64,000 bases of DNA from contig QHYH01000091.1 of the NCBI GenBank assembly GCA_003223215.1, forward strand, positions 60,696-124,695. The letters run 5' to 3'. Below, piece by piece: positions 9,564-19,441 of the stretch (its first letter is position 1; every line of letters begins with the position of its first letter). The notes beneath the pieces were generated by a model. It saw nothing but the letters and a program-made list of their open reading frames with translations, was not told where the DNA came from and did not search any database. The translations under genes were made by a program, and so were the position numbers. This DNA is from Acidobacteriota bacterium. Lineage in GTDB: Bacteria > Acidobacteriota > Terriglobia > Acidiferrales > UBA7541.

Positions 9564-10421
9564 ATGGAAACGAGCTTGACGCAGCGAGCGCCAGTGGCAC
9601 AACCGTGGCATAGGCCGTTCTGGAAACCGGTTCACGGCAAAGAAGGCGTTTTCACCTATCTGATCCTGATTCATGTGCTTTCACTCATCGGCCTGATCCT
9701 CTTTCCCCTTCCCAGCCTGAAGGTTCTTGGCCTGACCGTGCTGTCCACGGCATTGGGCGGTCTTGGCACAACCGTGTGTTATCACCGAATGCTGGCGCAC
9801 AAGACGCTCAGAACCCACCCGATCGTCGAGCAGTTCCTGATCTTCTGGGCCGTCTTCAACGGCTCGGGACATCCGGCCAGCTGGGTCGCTTATCATCGCC
9901 TTCACCATGCGGTCACCGACCAGCCCGCCGATATTTCGAGCCCGAAGCAAGGCGGCTTCTGGTGGGCGCATCTGCGCTGGCTGTACCAAACCGAGCCCGC
10001 GGACAAAAAGCGCTGGGCGCCCGAAATGACGGGCGGCATTTACAAAATCTGGTGTTGGGGGGAGACGCCGGTTATCCTGCTCTCGATTTTCATCGGACCG
10101 ATTCTCGGCTTTGGCTGGATGGGCTTTTTCTGGATGGGCGCGCTACGGCTAGTCTACTCGCTGCATCTGCAATGCCTGGTGAACAGCCTGACGCATCTTG
10201 GCGAAGCCGAAGAGGGAGGCGACTCGAGCGTCAACGTCTGGTGGCTTGGTCCCTTCCAACTGACCGCCTGGGGCGAGAACTGGCACAAGAATCATCACAC
10301 GCACGCGGGCTCCGCGCGCCTGGGACTGCGCTGGTACCAGACCGACATCGGCTGGTATTTTATCTGCTTGCTCGAAGCCGTGGGATTGGCTCACTCGGTC
10401 AAGCGGCCTCGCGTCTCCTAA
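9564..10421 (+). CDS. Fatty acid (acyl-CoA, delta-9-like) desaturase
   Basis: His boxes HRMLAH, HRLHH and HKNHH; WWAHLRW; TM segments. Confidence 0.92.
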   Translation: METSLTQRAPVAQPWHRPFWKPVHGKEGVFTYLILIHVLSLIGLILFPLPSLKVLGLTVLSTALGGLGTTVCYHRMLAHKTLRTHPIVEQFLIFWAVFNGSGHPASWVAYHRLHHAVTDQPADISSPKQGGFWWAHLRWLYQTEPADKKRWAPEMTGGIYKIWCWGETPVILLSIFIGPILGFGWMGFFWMGALRLVYSLHLQCLVNSLTHLGEAEEGGDSSVNVWWLGPFQLTAWGENWHKNHHTHAGSARLGLRWYQTDIGWYFICLLEAVGLAHSVKRPRVS

Positions 10422-10469
10422 CCATCCGCGCTGTTAAGGAGTGCAGCAGACTCCAATTGAGGTGGAGCT

Positions 10470-10916
10470 TTGGGAATTTGCAAGAAATTCTTGGCTGCTT
10501 TTGCGTGGTTGTTTCTCCTGGTGTCGGTACCCACGGCTGATCCACAGACTCCATCTGAGACGTGTAAGAGCGACGATGCAGCGAATATCGTCCAGATGGA
10601 CGAACGAAATGAGAGAGTTTTTGCGGTGACCAGCCTAGACAGGATCAACACCGTGGCCAAGGCGCGAAAGGTGTTGCTCTCGCTCCAGAAAACGCTGAAG
10701 CAGTGTCGACCAACGTGGGGAAACACCTGGTCGGTAAGTTTCTTCTCCGATCGCAAGTACGCGGGATACAAACACGATGACAACATGAAGCCCTTTGTCC
10801 GCGATGGAAGCTGGTCCCGGGCTTATCTGGGCGAGTACGAGCGCGTGGAAGGAAAACTCTCGCTTCACCCGGCGGACCCGAATAGGCTCAAGTTCCTGAA
10901 GGTTCCCTTGCGCTGA
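10470..10916 (+). CDS. Hypothetical secreted protein
   Basis: Signal-peptide-like N-terminus; no recognised family. Confidence 0.6.
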   Translation: MGICKKFLAAFAWLFLLVSVPTADPQTPSETCKSDDAANIVQMDERNERVFAVTSLDRINTVAKARKVLLSLQKTLKQCRPTWGNTWSVSFFSDRKYAGYKHDDNMKPFVRDGSWSRAYLGEYERVEGKLSLHPADPNRLKFLKVPLR

Positions 10917-10937
10917 CCGGGCACCGATGGGCGATTT

Positions 10938-11198
10938 ATGTATGCGCAAAAATTCAACGTGAATGTGGTCATTCAGGGCGAAACCAGGCCCTGCCCGCTC
11001 GAGTGGCTGGATCAATTCTGCATGCGCAACTTCACCAATTCCGCGGATTTCGACGATACCTTGCCAGTGGCCGATGGAAAGCTCGAAGCTAGCTTTCGCC
11101 TTACACCGGAACGCTTCGCGGAAGGACTAGCTGCCTGGTTGACCCGGCGCGGCAAGGGACAGGGCCAGCCGGTTGTGGTGAAGGTGACGCGGGCATAG
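10938..11198 (+). CDS. Small hypothetical protein
   Basis: Compact, protein-like 86-aa ORF following the previous gene. Confidence 0.7.
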   Translation: MYAQKFNVNVVIQGETRPCPLEWLDQFCMRNFTNSADFDDTLPVADGKLEASFRLTPERFAEGLAAWLTRRGKGQGQPVVVKVTRA

Positions 11199-11364
11199 CG
11201 CGGATGTTCCGCTTCGGCTGGTCTTTCCTCCTGAAGACTCCATCCCTCAAATTGGAACGATGTGAAGCGTGGCTTGCTGCCGAAGCGTTCGAATCGGCTC
11301 CCGGTCCTTCGCCTTCAATCAGGATCAGAGACCCTGTTGTTCCGAGCTGGATTCAGGGAGCGGC

Positions 11365-12279
11365 TTATTTCAGAATCGCGGTAGAGAGATTGCCGCCCGG
11401 GGCGGAGTCGCGCTTTTCGCCGCGCAGCGCCGCGCGAATCTGCGGCAAGGCCTGCAGGGCGGCCACCTCCCCGGCGGCAACCATGTCGGGCGTCCTGGTG
11501 AAATCGTCCCACACAAACTGCTTGACGTCCGGCTCGATGATGATATCCGCCTGTGCCCGCCAGGCGAAGTCCGCGTGCCGCTGCATGATATTGAAGGAGC
11601 GACTGAGAATATCCGTCAGCGTGCGGGGTTGCTCGATGTTTCCCGATTCCAGGTACACGGCAATGACGATGTCCGCACCCAGCAAGAGCACTCCTTCGAT
11701 GGGCACGGGAGCCGTCAGAAAGCCGTCCACCAGCGTGCGGTTCTCGTGCTGGATGGGCACGAACAGGCCAGGGTAGGCGCAGGATCCGCGAAGCGGAGGA
11801 ACAATATCGCCGTGCGAGTAATAGACGGTCACTCCATCAATAATGTCCGTGGTGGCGACGGCCAGGGGTGTCTGCAACTCTTCGAAAGTCCTGACCGGGG
11901 TGAATCGGGCGAGAAATTTTTCCATTCGCTGGTTCGTGGCCAGCCCGAGCCAGGAGGGAGTCCAGCGCCCAAAATCGGCAAAGGTTGTCACCGCGCCGAT
12001 TTTTTCCATTTCTTCGAGCGACGCTCCGCCGCAAAAAGCTGCGCCAATCAAAGCCCCGACGCTTGTGCCCGCCACGCAATCGATGGGAATGCCCGCTTCG
12101 CGCAGCACGCGCAGCACTCCGATGTGCGAGATGCCGCGGGCAAAGCCGCCCGCCAGCGCCACACCGACGCGCGGGCGCTCCGAGCGTTGCGGTTCGCCGC
12201 GATAGGCAAACGCGCGAATCTTGTCTTTCGCGGTTTTGATCCAGGCGAGTGGTCCCGAAGCTTTTTCTTCATCCGCCAT
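11365..12279 (-). CDS. Patatin-like phospholipase (RssA/NTE-like)
   Basis: LAGGFARG, GTSVG nucleophile elbow, LVDGF. Confidence 0.92.
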   Translation of the reverse strand: MADEEKASGPLAWIKTAKDKIRAFAYRGEPQRSERPRVGVALAGGFARGISHIGVLRVLREAGIPIDCVAGTSVGALIGAAFCGGASLEEMEKIGAVTTFADFGRWTPSWLGLATNQRMEKFLARFTPVRTFEELQTPLAVATTDIIDGVTVYYSHGDIVPPLRGSCAYPGLFVPIQHENRTLVDGFLTAPVPIEGVLLLGADIVIAVYLESGNIEQPRTLTDILSRSFNIMQRHADFAWRAQADIIIEPDVKQFVWDDFTRTPDMVAAGEVAALQALPQIRAALRGEKRDSAPGGNLSTAILK

Positions 12280-12384
12280 CCCCCTATTTTAGCGCGGTTG
12301 CGCCGCGCCATGCCCGTGTTTGACCGCTGCTTGCTGGTTTTGTAACCTGTCGTTCCGAGAGTTTTGCCGCAGAAAAGGCTGGCT

Positions 12385-14808
12385 ATGGAAAGACGCATCG
12401 AAAAAGCGGTGGTGCTGGGAGCAGGAACGATGGGTTCGCGGATCGCGGCGCATTTCGCGAACGCCGGACTGCCGTGCGTTTTGCTGGATATCGTGCCGGC
12501 CAATTTGCCCGCCGAGGCGCCACCCGCGGAACGCAACAAGATCGTGCGCGCCGGGCTGGGAGCCGCAAGAAAATCAAAGCCTGCCGCGTTTTTTACCCCG
12601 TCCCTGGCAGACAAGATTGCCATCGGAAATTTCGAAGACGACCTAGCCCGCTGCGCCGAGGCGGACTGGATTGTCGAGGCCGTTGCGGAGAACCTGGAAA
12701 TCAAGCGCAAGCTACTGGGGCGCGTGGCGCAGTTTCGCAAGCCCGGCGCGATCGTGACGACCAATACTTCGGGATTGCCCGTGCACTTGATTGCCGAAGG
12801 AATGAGCGAAGAGTTTCAGCAGCATTGGGCAGGCACGCACTTCTTCAATCCCCCGCGGTATTTGAAATTGGTCGAAGTGATTCCCGGGCCGAAAACTTCA
12901 CGCGAGGTCATCGAGACGCTCAACGAGTTTTGCGATCGTCGGCTCGGCAAAGGCGTGGTGATCGCGGAAGATACGCCCAATTTCATTGCCAATCGCATTG
13001 GCACGTTTTCGATGCTGAATGCCCTGAGACTGATGAACCGGCTACAGATGACGGTCGAAGAGGTGGACGCCTGCACCGGCCCGGCGGTGGGCTGGCCAAA
13101 ATCCGCGACGTTTCGAACAGCGGACATCGTCGGGCTCGACGTGCTCGTCCACGTGGTGAAAAACATTTACGAGACCGCGCCGAATGACGAGTCGCGCGAA
13201 ACCTACAAGGTGCCGGCACTGGTCGAAGAGATGGTCAAGCGCGGCTGGCTGGGCGACAAGACCGGACAGGGGTTTTATAAGAAGGTCCGCGGCGCAGCCG
13301 AAAAGGAAATTCTTGTGCTCGACCCGAACACCATGGAGTACCGGCCGCGGCAAAAGGCGAAATTCGCCTCGCTCGAGATGGGCAAAGCCATCGAAGACAC
13401 GCGCGAACGTCTGCGCGCCCTGGTTGGCCCGCTTCTCGACGGACAAAAGGGCGATAAGGCTCAGCAGTTCATTTGGGGCGGCCTTTCGGAGATGTGCCTC
13501 TACGCGGCACGCCGCGTGCCGGAAATATCGGACAACCTAGCCGACGTGGACCGTGCCATGCGCTGGGGCTTCGGCTGGGACCTCGGCCCCTTCGCAATGA
13601 TGGATGCGGTTGGAGTGAAAGCTTTCGCGGCGCAAGTGCAGAAAGAGGGCCGGGCGATTCCATCGGTGATTGAGAAAGTGCTTTCAAGCGGGCGCGAGGG
13701 GTTTTACGAATCGGAGAAAGGCACGACGACGGTTTTTGATATTTGTACAGGCGGCGTGAAGCAAGTCCAAGAGCCCGGAGGCATCATCATTCTGAAATCG
13801 TTGAAAGAAGCTGGGCGCGAAATCGAGAAGAACGCCGGGGCCAGTCTGATTGATCTTGGCGACGGCGTGGTTTGCTGCGAATTTCACGCCAAGATGAACT
13901 CGATCGGCGCGGACCTGATCGCCATGATGCATAAGGGGTTGAAGCGCCTGGAAACTGACTTTGACGCCATGGTGATTGCAAACCAGGCTGTGAATTTTTC
14001 GGTTGGGGCTAATCTCATGCTTGTGCTGGTCGCAGCCCAAGAACAAGAGTGGGACGAGCTGCACCTGGCGGTAAAGCAGTTTCAGAACGTCAACCTGGCC
14101 GTCAAATATGCGCCGAAGCCGGTGGTTGCCGCGCCGCAGGGCATGGCCCTCGGCGGCGGATGTGAGGTCAGCCTGCACGCTGCGAGAATTCAGGCGGCCG
14201 CCGAAGCGTATATGGGCCTGGTCGAAACCGGTGTCGGCCTGATCCCGGGTGGGGGCGGGAGCAAGGAGATGCTCATTCGCGCGAACGAGCACGCCTCCGG
14301 CGCTGAAGATTTGGACTTGTTTCATGCGCTGAAGCCGCTGTTCGAAGCGATCGCCATGGCCAAAGTCGGCACCAGCGCGGAAGAGTGCCGGGAGCTCGGC
14401 TATCTGCGGCGCGAGGACGGGGTTTCCATGAACCGCGATCGTTTGGTTGCCGACGCGAAGGAGGTGGCCTTGGCGTTGGCGCGCGGCGGTTACAAGCGGG
14501 GGGCGGCAAATTGGCAGGAAGGCGCCGAGACCACGCAAATCAAGGTGCTCGGCGAAGCATTCCTGGCCGGGGCAAAGCTGGCGATTCACATGATGGTGCG
14601 CGGAGGGTTTGCCTCGGAATACGACGCACATGTCGGCCGCAAGCTTGCGAACATCCTTGCCGGAGGACCGCTGACGGCGCCGCAGCTCGTCACCGAACAG
14701 TACCTCCTCGATCTCGAGCGCGAGGCCTTCGTTTCCCTCTGCGGCGAAAAGAAAACACAGGAGCGCATTGCCCACACCTTAAAGACCGGCAAGCCGCTGC
14801 GGAACTAA
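12385..14808 (+). CDS. fadN: 3-hydroxyacyl-CoA dehydrogenase / enoyl-CoA hydratase (FadN-type)
   Basis: VLGAGTMG Rossmann fold, TNTSGL, GTHFFNPPRYL; C-terminal crotonase ALGGGCE and ends GKPLRN. Confidence 0.93.
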   Translation: MERRIEKAVVLGAGTMGSRIAAHFANAGLPCVLLDIVPANLPAEAPPAERNKIVRAGLGAARKSKPAAFFTPSLADKIAIGNFEDDLARCAEADWIVEAVAENLEIKRKLLGRVAQFRKPGAIVTTNTSGLPVHLIAEGMSEEFQQHWAGTHFFNPPRYLKLVEVIPGPKTSREVIETLNEFCDRRLGKGVVIAEDTPNFIANRIGTFSMLNALRLMNRLQMTVEEVDACTGPAVGWPKSATFRTADIVGLDVLVHVVKNIYETAPNDESRETYKVPALVEEMVKRGWLGDKTGQGFYKKVRGAAEKEILVLDPNTMEYRPRQKAKFASLEMGKAIEDTRERLRALVGPLLDGQKGDKAQQFIWGGLSEMCLYAARRVPEISDNLADVDRAMRWGFGWDLGPFAMMDAVGVKAFAAQVQKEGRAIPSVIEKVLSSGREGFYESEKGTTTVFDICTGGVKQVQEPGGIIILKSLKEAGREIEKNAGASLIDLGDGVVCCEFHAKMNSIGADLIAMMHKGLKRLETDFDAMVIANQAVNFSVGANLMLVLVAAQEQEWDELHLAVKQFQNVNLAVKYAPKPVVAAPQGMALGGGCEVSLHAARIQAAAEAYMGLVETGVGLIPGGGGSKEMLIRANEHASGAEDLDLFHALKPLFEAIAMAKVGTSAEECRELGYLRREDGVSMNRDRLVADAKEVALALARGGYKRGAANWQEGAETTQIKVLGEAFLAGAKLAIHMMVRGGFASEYDAHVGRKLANILAGGPLTAPQLVTEQYLLDLEREAFVSLCGEKKTQERIAHTLKTGKPLRN

Positions 14809-14828
14809 CCAGGGCCGCAGCACAGCCT

Positions 14829-14857
14829 AATCATATAAAAACGTATTGAATATACAT
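14829..14857 (+). promoter_or_regulatory. AT-rich putative operator/promoter of the mod operon
   Basis: AATCATATAAAAACGTATTGAATATACAT in a high-GC context, with weak GTAT/ATAC symmetry, upstream of the regulator. Confidence 0.3.
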
Positions 14858-14897
14858 CTCCCGGAGAGCTATTCTGTACATTCTTCGGAGACGCTAC

Positions 14898-15305
14898 GTG
14901 CAGAAGCTGCTGGCGCCGCGTGAGGCGGCGAACATTCTCGGCATCAGCTATCCTACGCTCAAGCAATGGATTTACCACGGCAAAATCAAGTCAGTGAAGA
15001 CGCCCGGCGGGCACCACCGTGTTCCGGAGAGCGAAATCGACCGCCTGATTCCGATGAAATTCGAGCGGGGCGACCCGGCCGCGCGGCGACCGTATTTCCG
15101 TAGAATTAGCGGACGCAATCAGTTGATTGGCCGCGTGGTTGGACTGAAGTTCAGCGGGCTGCTCGCCCAGGTGACGCTGGCCATCGGCGAACAGCACATT
15201 ACTGCCCTCATCACCGCCGATGCCGCAAAAGAGTTGCGCCTGAAGCCGGGCGACCGCGCTGCGGCGCTCATCAAATCCACGGAGGTGATGATTCTGCGCG
15301 TGTGA
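14898..15305 (+). CDS. Excisionase/MerR-like HTH plus TOBE domain molybdate regulator
   Basis: LLAPREAANILGISYPTLKQWI HTH; RISGRNQLIGRV TOBE/Mop domain; first gene of the mod operon. Confidence 0.88.
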   Translation: MQKLLAPREAANILGISYPTLKQWIYHGKIKSVKTPGGHHRVPESEIDRLIPMKFERGDPAARRPYFRRISGRNQLIGRVVGLKFSGLLAQVTLAIGEQHITALITADAAKELRLKPGDRAAALIKSTEVMILRV

Positions 15306-15336
15306 CCGGACGACGGCAGCCCGGGATTGGTGACTC

Positions 15337-16140
15337 GTGATCGGCCATGGAAATCGAAGACCGTGCGCGGCGCTTACCTTGTGCGTGGCTCTTGGCGCGC
15401 TCCCTTGTTCCATCAGCCTTTTGCAGGCGCGAGCGCAGCGGGTGCGAGTTGCGGCGGCGGCAGACCTGAAATTCGCAATGGAGGAGTTAGGCAAGGACTT
15501 CGAAGAAAAGACAGGAACAAAAATAGACGTAAGCTACGGCTCCAGCGGAAATTTTTTCTCGCAACTTCAAAATGGAGCGCCCTTTGACCTGTTTTTTTCC
15601 GCCGATGTCGCCTACCCAAGGAAGCTGGAGGCTCAAGGATTCGTTGAGCCGGGAACACTCCGCGATTACGCGCTGGGGCGAATCGTGATTTGGATGCCCA
15701 ATGATTCCTCCGTGGATTTGGCAAAAGAGGGCTGGCATGCCTTGTTGGATCGAGCCGTACGGAAAATCGCCATCGCCAATCCGGAACTCGCACCCTATGG
15801 GCGAGCCGCCGCCTCGGCTTTGAAAAAGGCGGGAATTTACAACCAGGTGGAAGCGAAACTAGTCTATGGCGAAAACATTTCGCAAGCCGCGCAGTTTGTG
15901 CAATCGGGAAACGCCCAAGCCGGAATCATCGCTCTCTCTCTGGCGTTTTCTCCCGGAATGAAAGACGGAAAGGTGTGGGAAATTCCGCCGGAGATGCATC
16001 CGAGGATCGAGCAGGGGGCAGCTTTGCTGAAAAATGCGAGGAACCGTTCGGCAGCGCTGGCTTTTCTGAACTTTGTGAAGAGCGCCTCGGGCATAAAAAT
16101 CCTGGAGCAGCACGGATTCTCTGCTCCCGCAAGCAACTAG
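15337..16140 (+). CDS. modA: Molybdate ABC transporter substrate-binding protein
   Basis: AAAADLK, YGSSG, APFDLFFSAD, IANPELAPYGRAA, GENISQA. Confidence 0.95.
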   Translation: MIGHGNRRPCAALTLCVALGALPCSISLLQARAQRVRVAAAADLKFAMEELGKDFEEKTGTKIDVSYGSSGNFFSQLQNGAPFDLFFSADVAYPRKLEAQGFVEPGTLRDYALGRIVIWMPNDSSVDLAKEGWHALLDRAVRKIAIANPELAPYGRAAASALKKAGIYNQVEAKLVYGENISQAAQFVQSGNAQAGIIALSLAFSPGMKDGKVWEIPPEMHPRIEQGAALLKNARNRSAALAFLNFVKSASGIKILEQHGFSAPASN

Positions 16141-16197
16141 CCCAACAGGAAAAAGCCTGGCACGAAAGATCATGCCTCGGAAAACGGAGAAGCAAGA

Positions 16198-16878
16198 ATG
16201 AATTCGCTGGCCTTGTCATTCGAACTGGCCGCATGCGTGGCCGGGCTTTTGCTATTGATTGGCACGCCGGTGGCTTATTGGCTGGCTTATTCCCACTGGC
16301 GCGGTAAATTTTTGTTGGAATCCATCGTGGCTTTGCCGCTGGTCCTTCCTCCCACCGTCGTTGGATTCTACGCCTTGCTCGCCATGGGACCGCGCGGGCC
16401 GCTCGGGAAGATGTGGATGGCGCTGTTCGGCCATGGCCTGGCCTTCACGTTCGGCGGATTGGTCGTCGCCTCTGTCGTTTACAGCTTTCCTTTTGGCGTG
16501 CAGCCGCTGATCGCTTCCTTTGAAGCCGTGGACCGAAAACTGCTGGAAGCCTCCGCGGTTCTGGGATCGGGAAAATGGCAGACGTTTCTCCGCGTGATTC
16601 TGCCTTTGTCTTTGCCCGGCGTAGTCACGGCCGTGGTGCTCAGTTTCGCGCACACGCTTGGAGAATTTGGAGTGGTGCTGATGGTCGGCGGAGACCTTGC
16701 CGGGGCGACGCGCACCGCTTCCATCGACATTTACGACCGCGTCGAGACGCTCGAATATGGCGAAGCCAACCGGCTGGCGTTGCTTCTCCTGGCCATCGCG
16801 TTTGGCGTGCTCTGTCTGGTGTACGCCGTGAATCGCCGCGTGTGGACCCCGGCGTGGACACGATGGACCGCGAAGTAA
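16198..16878 (+). CDS. modB: Molybdate ABC transporter permease
   Basis: LPLVLPPTVVGF, FAHTLGEFG. Confidence 0.95.
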   Translation: MNSLALSFELAACVAGLLLLIGTPVAYWLAYSHWRGKFLLESIVALPLVLPPTVVGFYALLAMGPRGPLGKMWMALFGHGLAFTFGGLVVASVVYSFPFGVQPLIASFEAVDRKLLEASAVLGSGKWQTFLRVILPLSLPGVVTAVVLSFAHTLGEFGVVLMVGGDLAGATRTASIDIYDRVETLEYGEANRLALLLLAIAFGVLCLVYAVNRRVWTPAWTRWTAK

Positions 16879-17972
16879 ATTCCCTTCGGCTGGTTGCCTG
16901 CATTCAAAAGAAGCGGCGCGAAGACGCATCGTTTATTCTCGATGTCTCTCTCGACGCGCCGCCGGGAATCACCATCCTGTTCGGGCCCTCCGGCGCCGGA
17001 AAATCCACGTTGCTCGATTGCCTCTCGGGACTGCTGCGCCCGGATGCCGGCAAGATTGCGGTCTGTGAAAAGGTCTTGTTTGACTCCGCCCTAGGCATCG
17101 ACGTTCCTCCCCAAAAACGTCGCATCGCATACGTATTTCAGTCGCTGGCGTTGTTCCCCCATCTCACTGTCGAGCAAAACATCGCATACGGACTGCGGGA
17201 TATTCCCGATCAGGACCGGCGGAGGCGTATGGAAGAAATTCTGGAAGCCTTTGGCGTTGAAAACCTGCGGAAGCGGAAACCGGCGCAAATCTCCGGCGGC
17301 GAAAGGCAGCGCACTGCTCTGGCGCGATCGCTTGTCACCGAACCACGCTTGCTCTTGCTCGATGAGCCCCTGACCGGCCTGGACGCGGAACGCAAGGCCG
17401 CGATCGTGGAGGATTTGCGTGCCTGGAACGCCTCAAAGCGCATTCCCATCCTGTATGTGACCCACAACCGCGAGGAGGTAGACGCGCTTGGCGAACGCGT
17501 GATCGCTATCGATAAGGGCCGCGTGGTGGGCCACGGTGCGCCGATGGAGGTGCTGGATGCCCCGCGCCGGAAGCGGCTGGCGCAGGCCGCCGGTTTCGAG
17601 AATCTGCTGGACGCCACGGTTGTTGATCTTCGCGAGCAGGACGGCGTGATGCGCCTCAGGCTCGGCGAGAGCGCTTGCGAGATTGAGGTGCCGCTCGCGC
17701 ATGCGTCCGCCGGGGACCGCGTGCAGGTGGCCATTCGCGCCGGGGACATCCTGCTGGCATCGGAGGGTCCGCGCGGGTTGAGCGCGCGCAACGTCATCGA
17801 GGGGAGGATGGCTTCTCTCGAACAGCGAGGCACCCTGTGCATCGCCCGCGTCGATTGCGGGGTGACGTTTGTGGTGCACCTCACGCCTGGAGCGGTCCGT
17901 AGCCTCAAGCTAGCGGCCGAAAAGCCGGTGTGGTTGGTGCTGAAAACTCACTCGTGCTATCTCGTCGACTAA
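16863..17972 (+). CDS. modC: Molybdate ABC transporter ATP-binding protein
   Basis: GPSGAGKST, ISGGERQR, LLLDEP, C-terminal TOBE; start ATG 16863 overlaps the modB end. Confidence 0.93.
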   Translation: MDREVNSLRLVACIQKKRREDASFILDVSLDAPPGITILFGPSGAGKSTLLDCLSGLLRPDAGKIAVCEKVLFDSALGIDVPPQKRRIAYVFQSLALFPHLTVEQNIAYGLRDIPDQDRRRRMEEILEAFGVENLRKRKPAQISGGERQRTALARSLVTEPRLLLLDEPLTGLDAERKAAIVEDLRAWNASKRIPILYVTHNREEVDALGERVIAIDKGRVVGHGAPMEVLDAPRRKRLAQAAGFENLLDATVVDLREQDGVMRLRLGESACEIEVPLAHASAGDRVQVAIRAGDILLASEGPRGLSARNVIEGRMASLEQRGTLCIARVDCGVTFVVHLTPGAVRSLKLAAEKPVWLVLKTHSCYLVD

Positions 17973-18082
17973 CGAGGAGTCTCGGCAATCACGGCCACCA
18001 TGCCGCGCCCGGGCATGAGCAAATCCGGCATTGCAAGGTGAGCCGTTTTGGGTGGACGGATTGCCGGCGACTGCCGACTGCT

Positions 18083-18463
18083 TCAGAACTTCGGCTTGGA
18101 CGCGGCCGAGGCCATCTTGTTCGAACTAGCGGCGGAGAATTTGATCTCCTCTGCTTCCAGGTTTCCGTCTTTCGGCGTTGCGTGGATCACTACCGCGTCG
18201 CCGACCGCGAGGTCGGAGAGCTTCGCGGGCTTGTCTTCATTGGCATCCGGAGCGTCGCCTGGCTTGGTCCGCGTGTGCAGGATGTAAACGGTGGAGGCCA
18301 GGAGCTTCACCGCCACGGTCTTGCCCTCGGGCGTCCTGACCTGCAAGGAGCCGCCGTCGATCTTTTCTACCGTACCTTTGACATGCACTTTGTTCCCATG
18401 CGCGAAAGCCGCGCCACCCGCAAAGGCGAGCGCGAGCGTGAGCGTCAACCATTTCGCTTTCAT
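18083..18463 (-). CDS. Secreted OB-fold-like protein (DUF5666/CusF-like)
   Basis: Signal peptide ending AFA-H, then HGNKVHVKGTVEKI; GGAGA upstream of ATG 18463. Confidence 0.7.
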   Translation of the reverse strand: MKAKWLTLTLALAFAGGAAFAHGNKVHVKGTVEKIDGGSLQVRTPEGKTVAVKLLASTVYILHTRTKPGDAPDANEDKPAKLSDLAVGDAVVIHATPKDGNLEAEEIKFSAASSNKMASAASKPKF

Positions 18464-18503
18464 CGTTTTCTCCATGGTTCCCCTGGCGGTCGCCGTTACC
18501 GCC

Positions 18504-19145
18504 TCATTTCCGCCTACCAGGGTGAGATTCCGGCTTGGCCTTAGGCGTTGCTTCATTCAGGAATTCTTTTTCCTCTTCTTCCTCTGCGCGGTCTTCCGGT
18601 CCTTTTGGATTGTAGCGTTCCATCTCGAGCCGTTCCGCCTCGCTCAAATGACGGAGATGCCGGATGAAATGCACCAGCTTCCAACTGTCTTGTCCATTGC
18701 CGTGATTCCCAGCCCCGTTATGCTGGTTGCTGGAAAATGCCGGCATGCCGGTAAACCGCACTCCGTTCTCGATAATCCAGAACAGTTCGCCGTCGCTCAA
18801 GTTCTGCGTCGCCGGCAGCCGCAGATCGGGGGGTTTAGGATAAAGTCCCTCGCCGATTGGCGTGTCGCCGCTGCCGTCATTCCCGTGGCAAATCGCACAA
18901 TGATCGGCAAAGTGCAGCCGCGCTTCGCGCTGTATTTCCGGCGAATCCAACACGGGGTTCTCCATCAGGCGCGCATTTCCGGGGATTGCCAGGTGGCGCG
19001 CGTTACGTGCTACAAACGCTTCCAGGCGCGTCGGCGTCGCCTTGGCGCTCAAGCCATCGTGCAATACCGAGACGGCAATGGCAATCGCCAGAGCCATGCC
19101 GACCAGCACGAGGCCGATCAAGATCACGAGTGTGCTGCGTTTCAT
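18504..19145 (-). CDS. Membrane-anchored monoheme c-type cytochrome
   Basis: N-terminal TM, CAICH heme motif, SDGELFWIIENGVRFTGMP. Confidence 0.9.
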   Translation of the reverse strand: MKRSTLVILIGLVLVGMALAIAIAVSVLHDGLSAKATPTRLEAFVARNARHLAIPGNARLMENPVLDSPEIQREARLHFADHCAICHGNDGSGDTPIGEGLYPKPPDLRLPATQNLSDGELFWIIENGVRFTGMPAFSSNQHNGAGNHGNGQDSWKLVHFIRHLRHLSEAERLEMERYNPKGPEDRAEEEEEKEFLNEATPKAKPESHPGRRK

Positions 19146-19209
19146 AAGAAAAGAGCTGGTTAGAAGGGCGCGCTGTCGTTGCGGCCAAGGCCGCTTGGCC
19201 ACCCATTAC

Positions 19210-19424
19210 CAGGTGGGTCGTAAAACCTCGGCGTTTTTAGGCCGAGGATATAAGGCCCCTCTTTGTTTTCCTTCCGAACTGCTCTATATTTCTGTCCGAA
19301 CGACCTATGGGCGGGTCCTCCGCTGAAGTAGGGCGGTTGTGGGAGGAACCCACCGAAGCCATCTCGGGAAAACAAACCGAGAGGCCGTAGGAATCCTCGC
19401 CGCTTGCGGCGGGGAGGATGTCAA
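19210..19424 (+). mobile_element. Non-autonomous IS200/IS605 (IS608-like) mini-element, copy 1
   Basis: Preceded by TTAC; left hairpin CCTCGGCG-TTTTTA-GGCCGAGG; right end GAAT-CCTCGCCGCTTGCGGCGGGGAGG-ATGTCAA; no plausible coding ORF; second copy at 48035-48278. Confidence 0.9.
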
Positions 19425-19441
19425 AGATACAAACAGATCTT

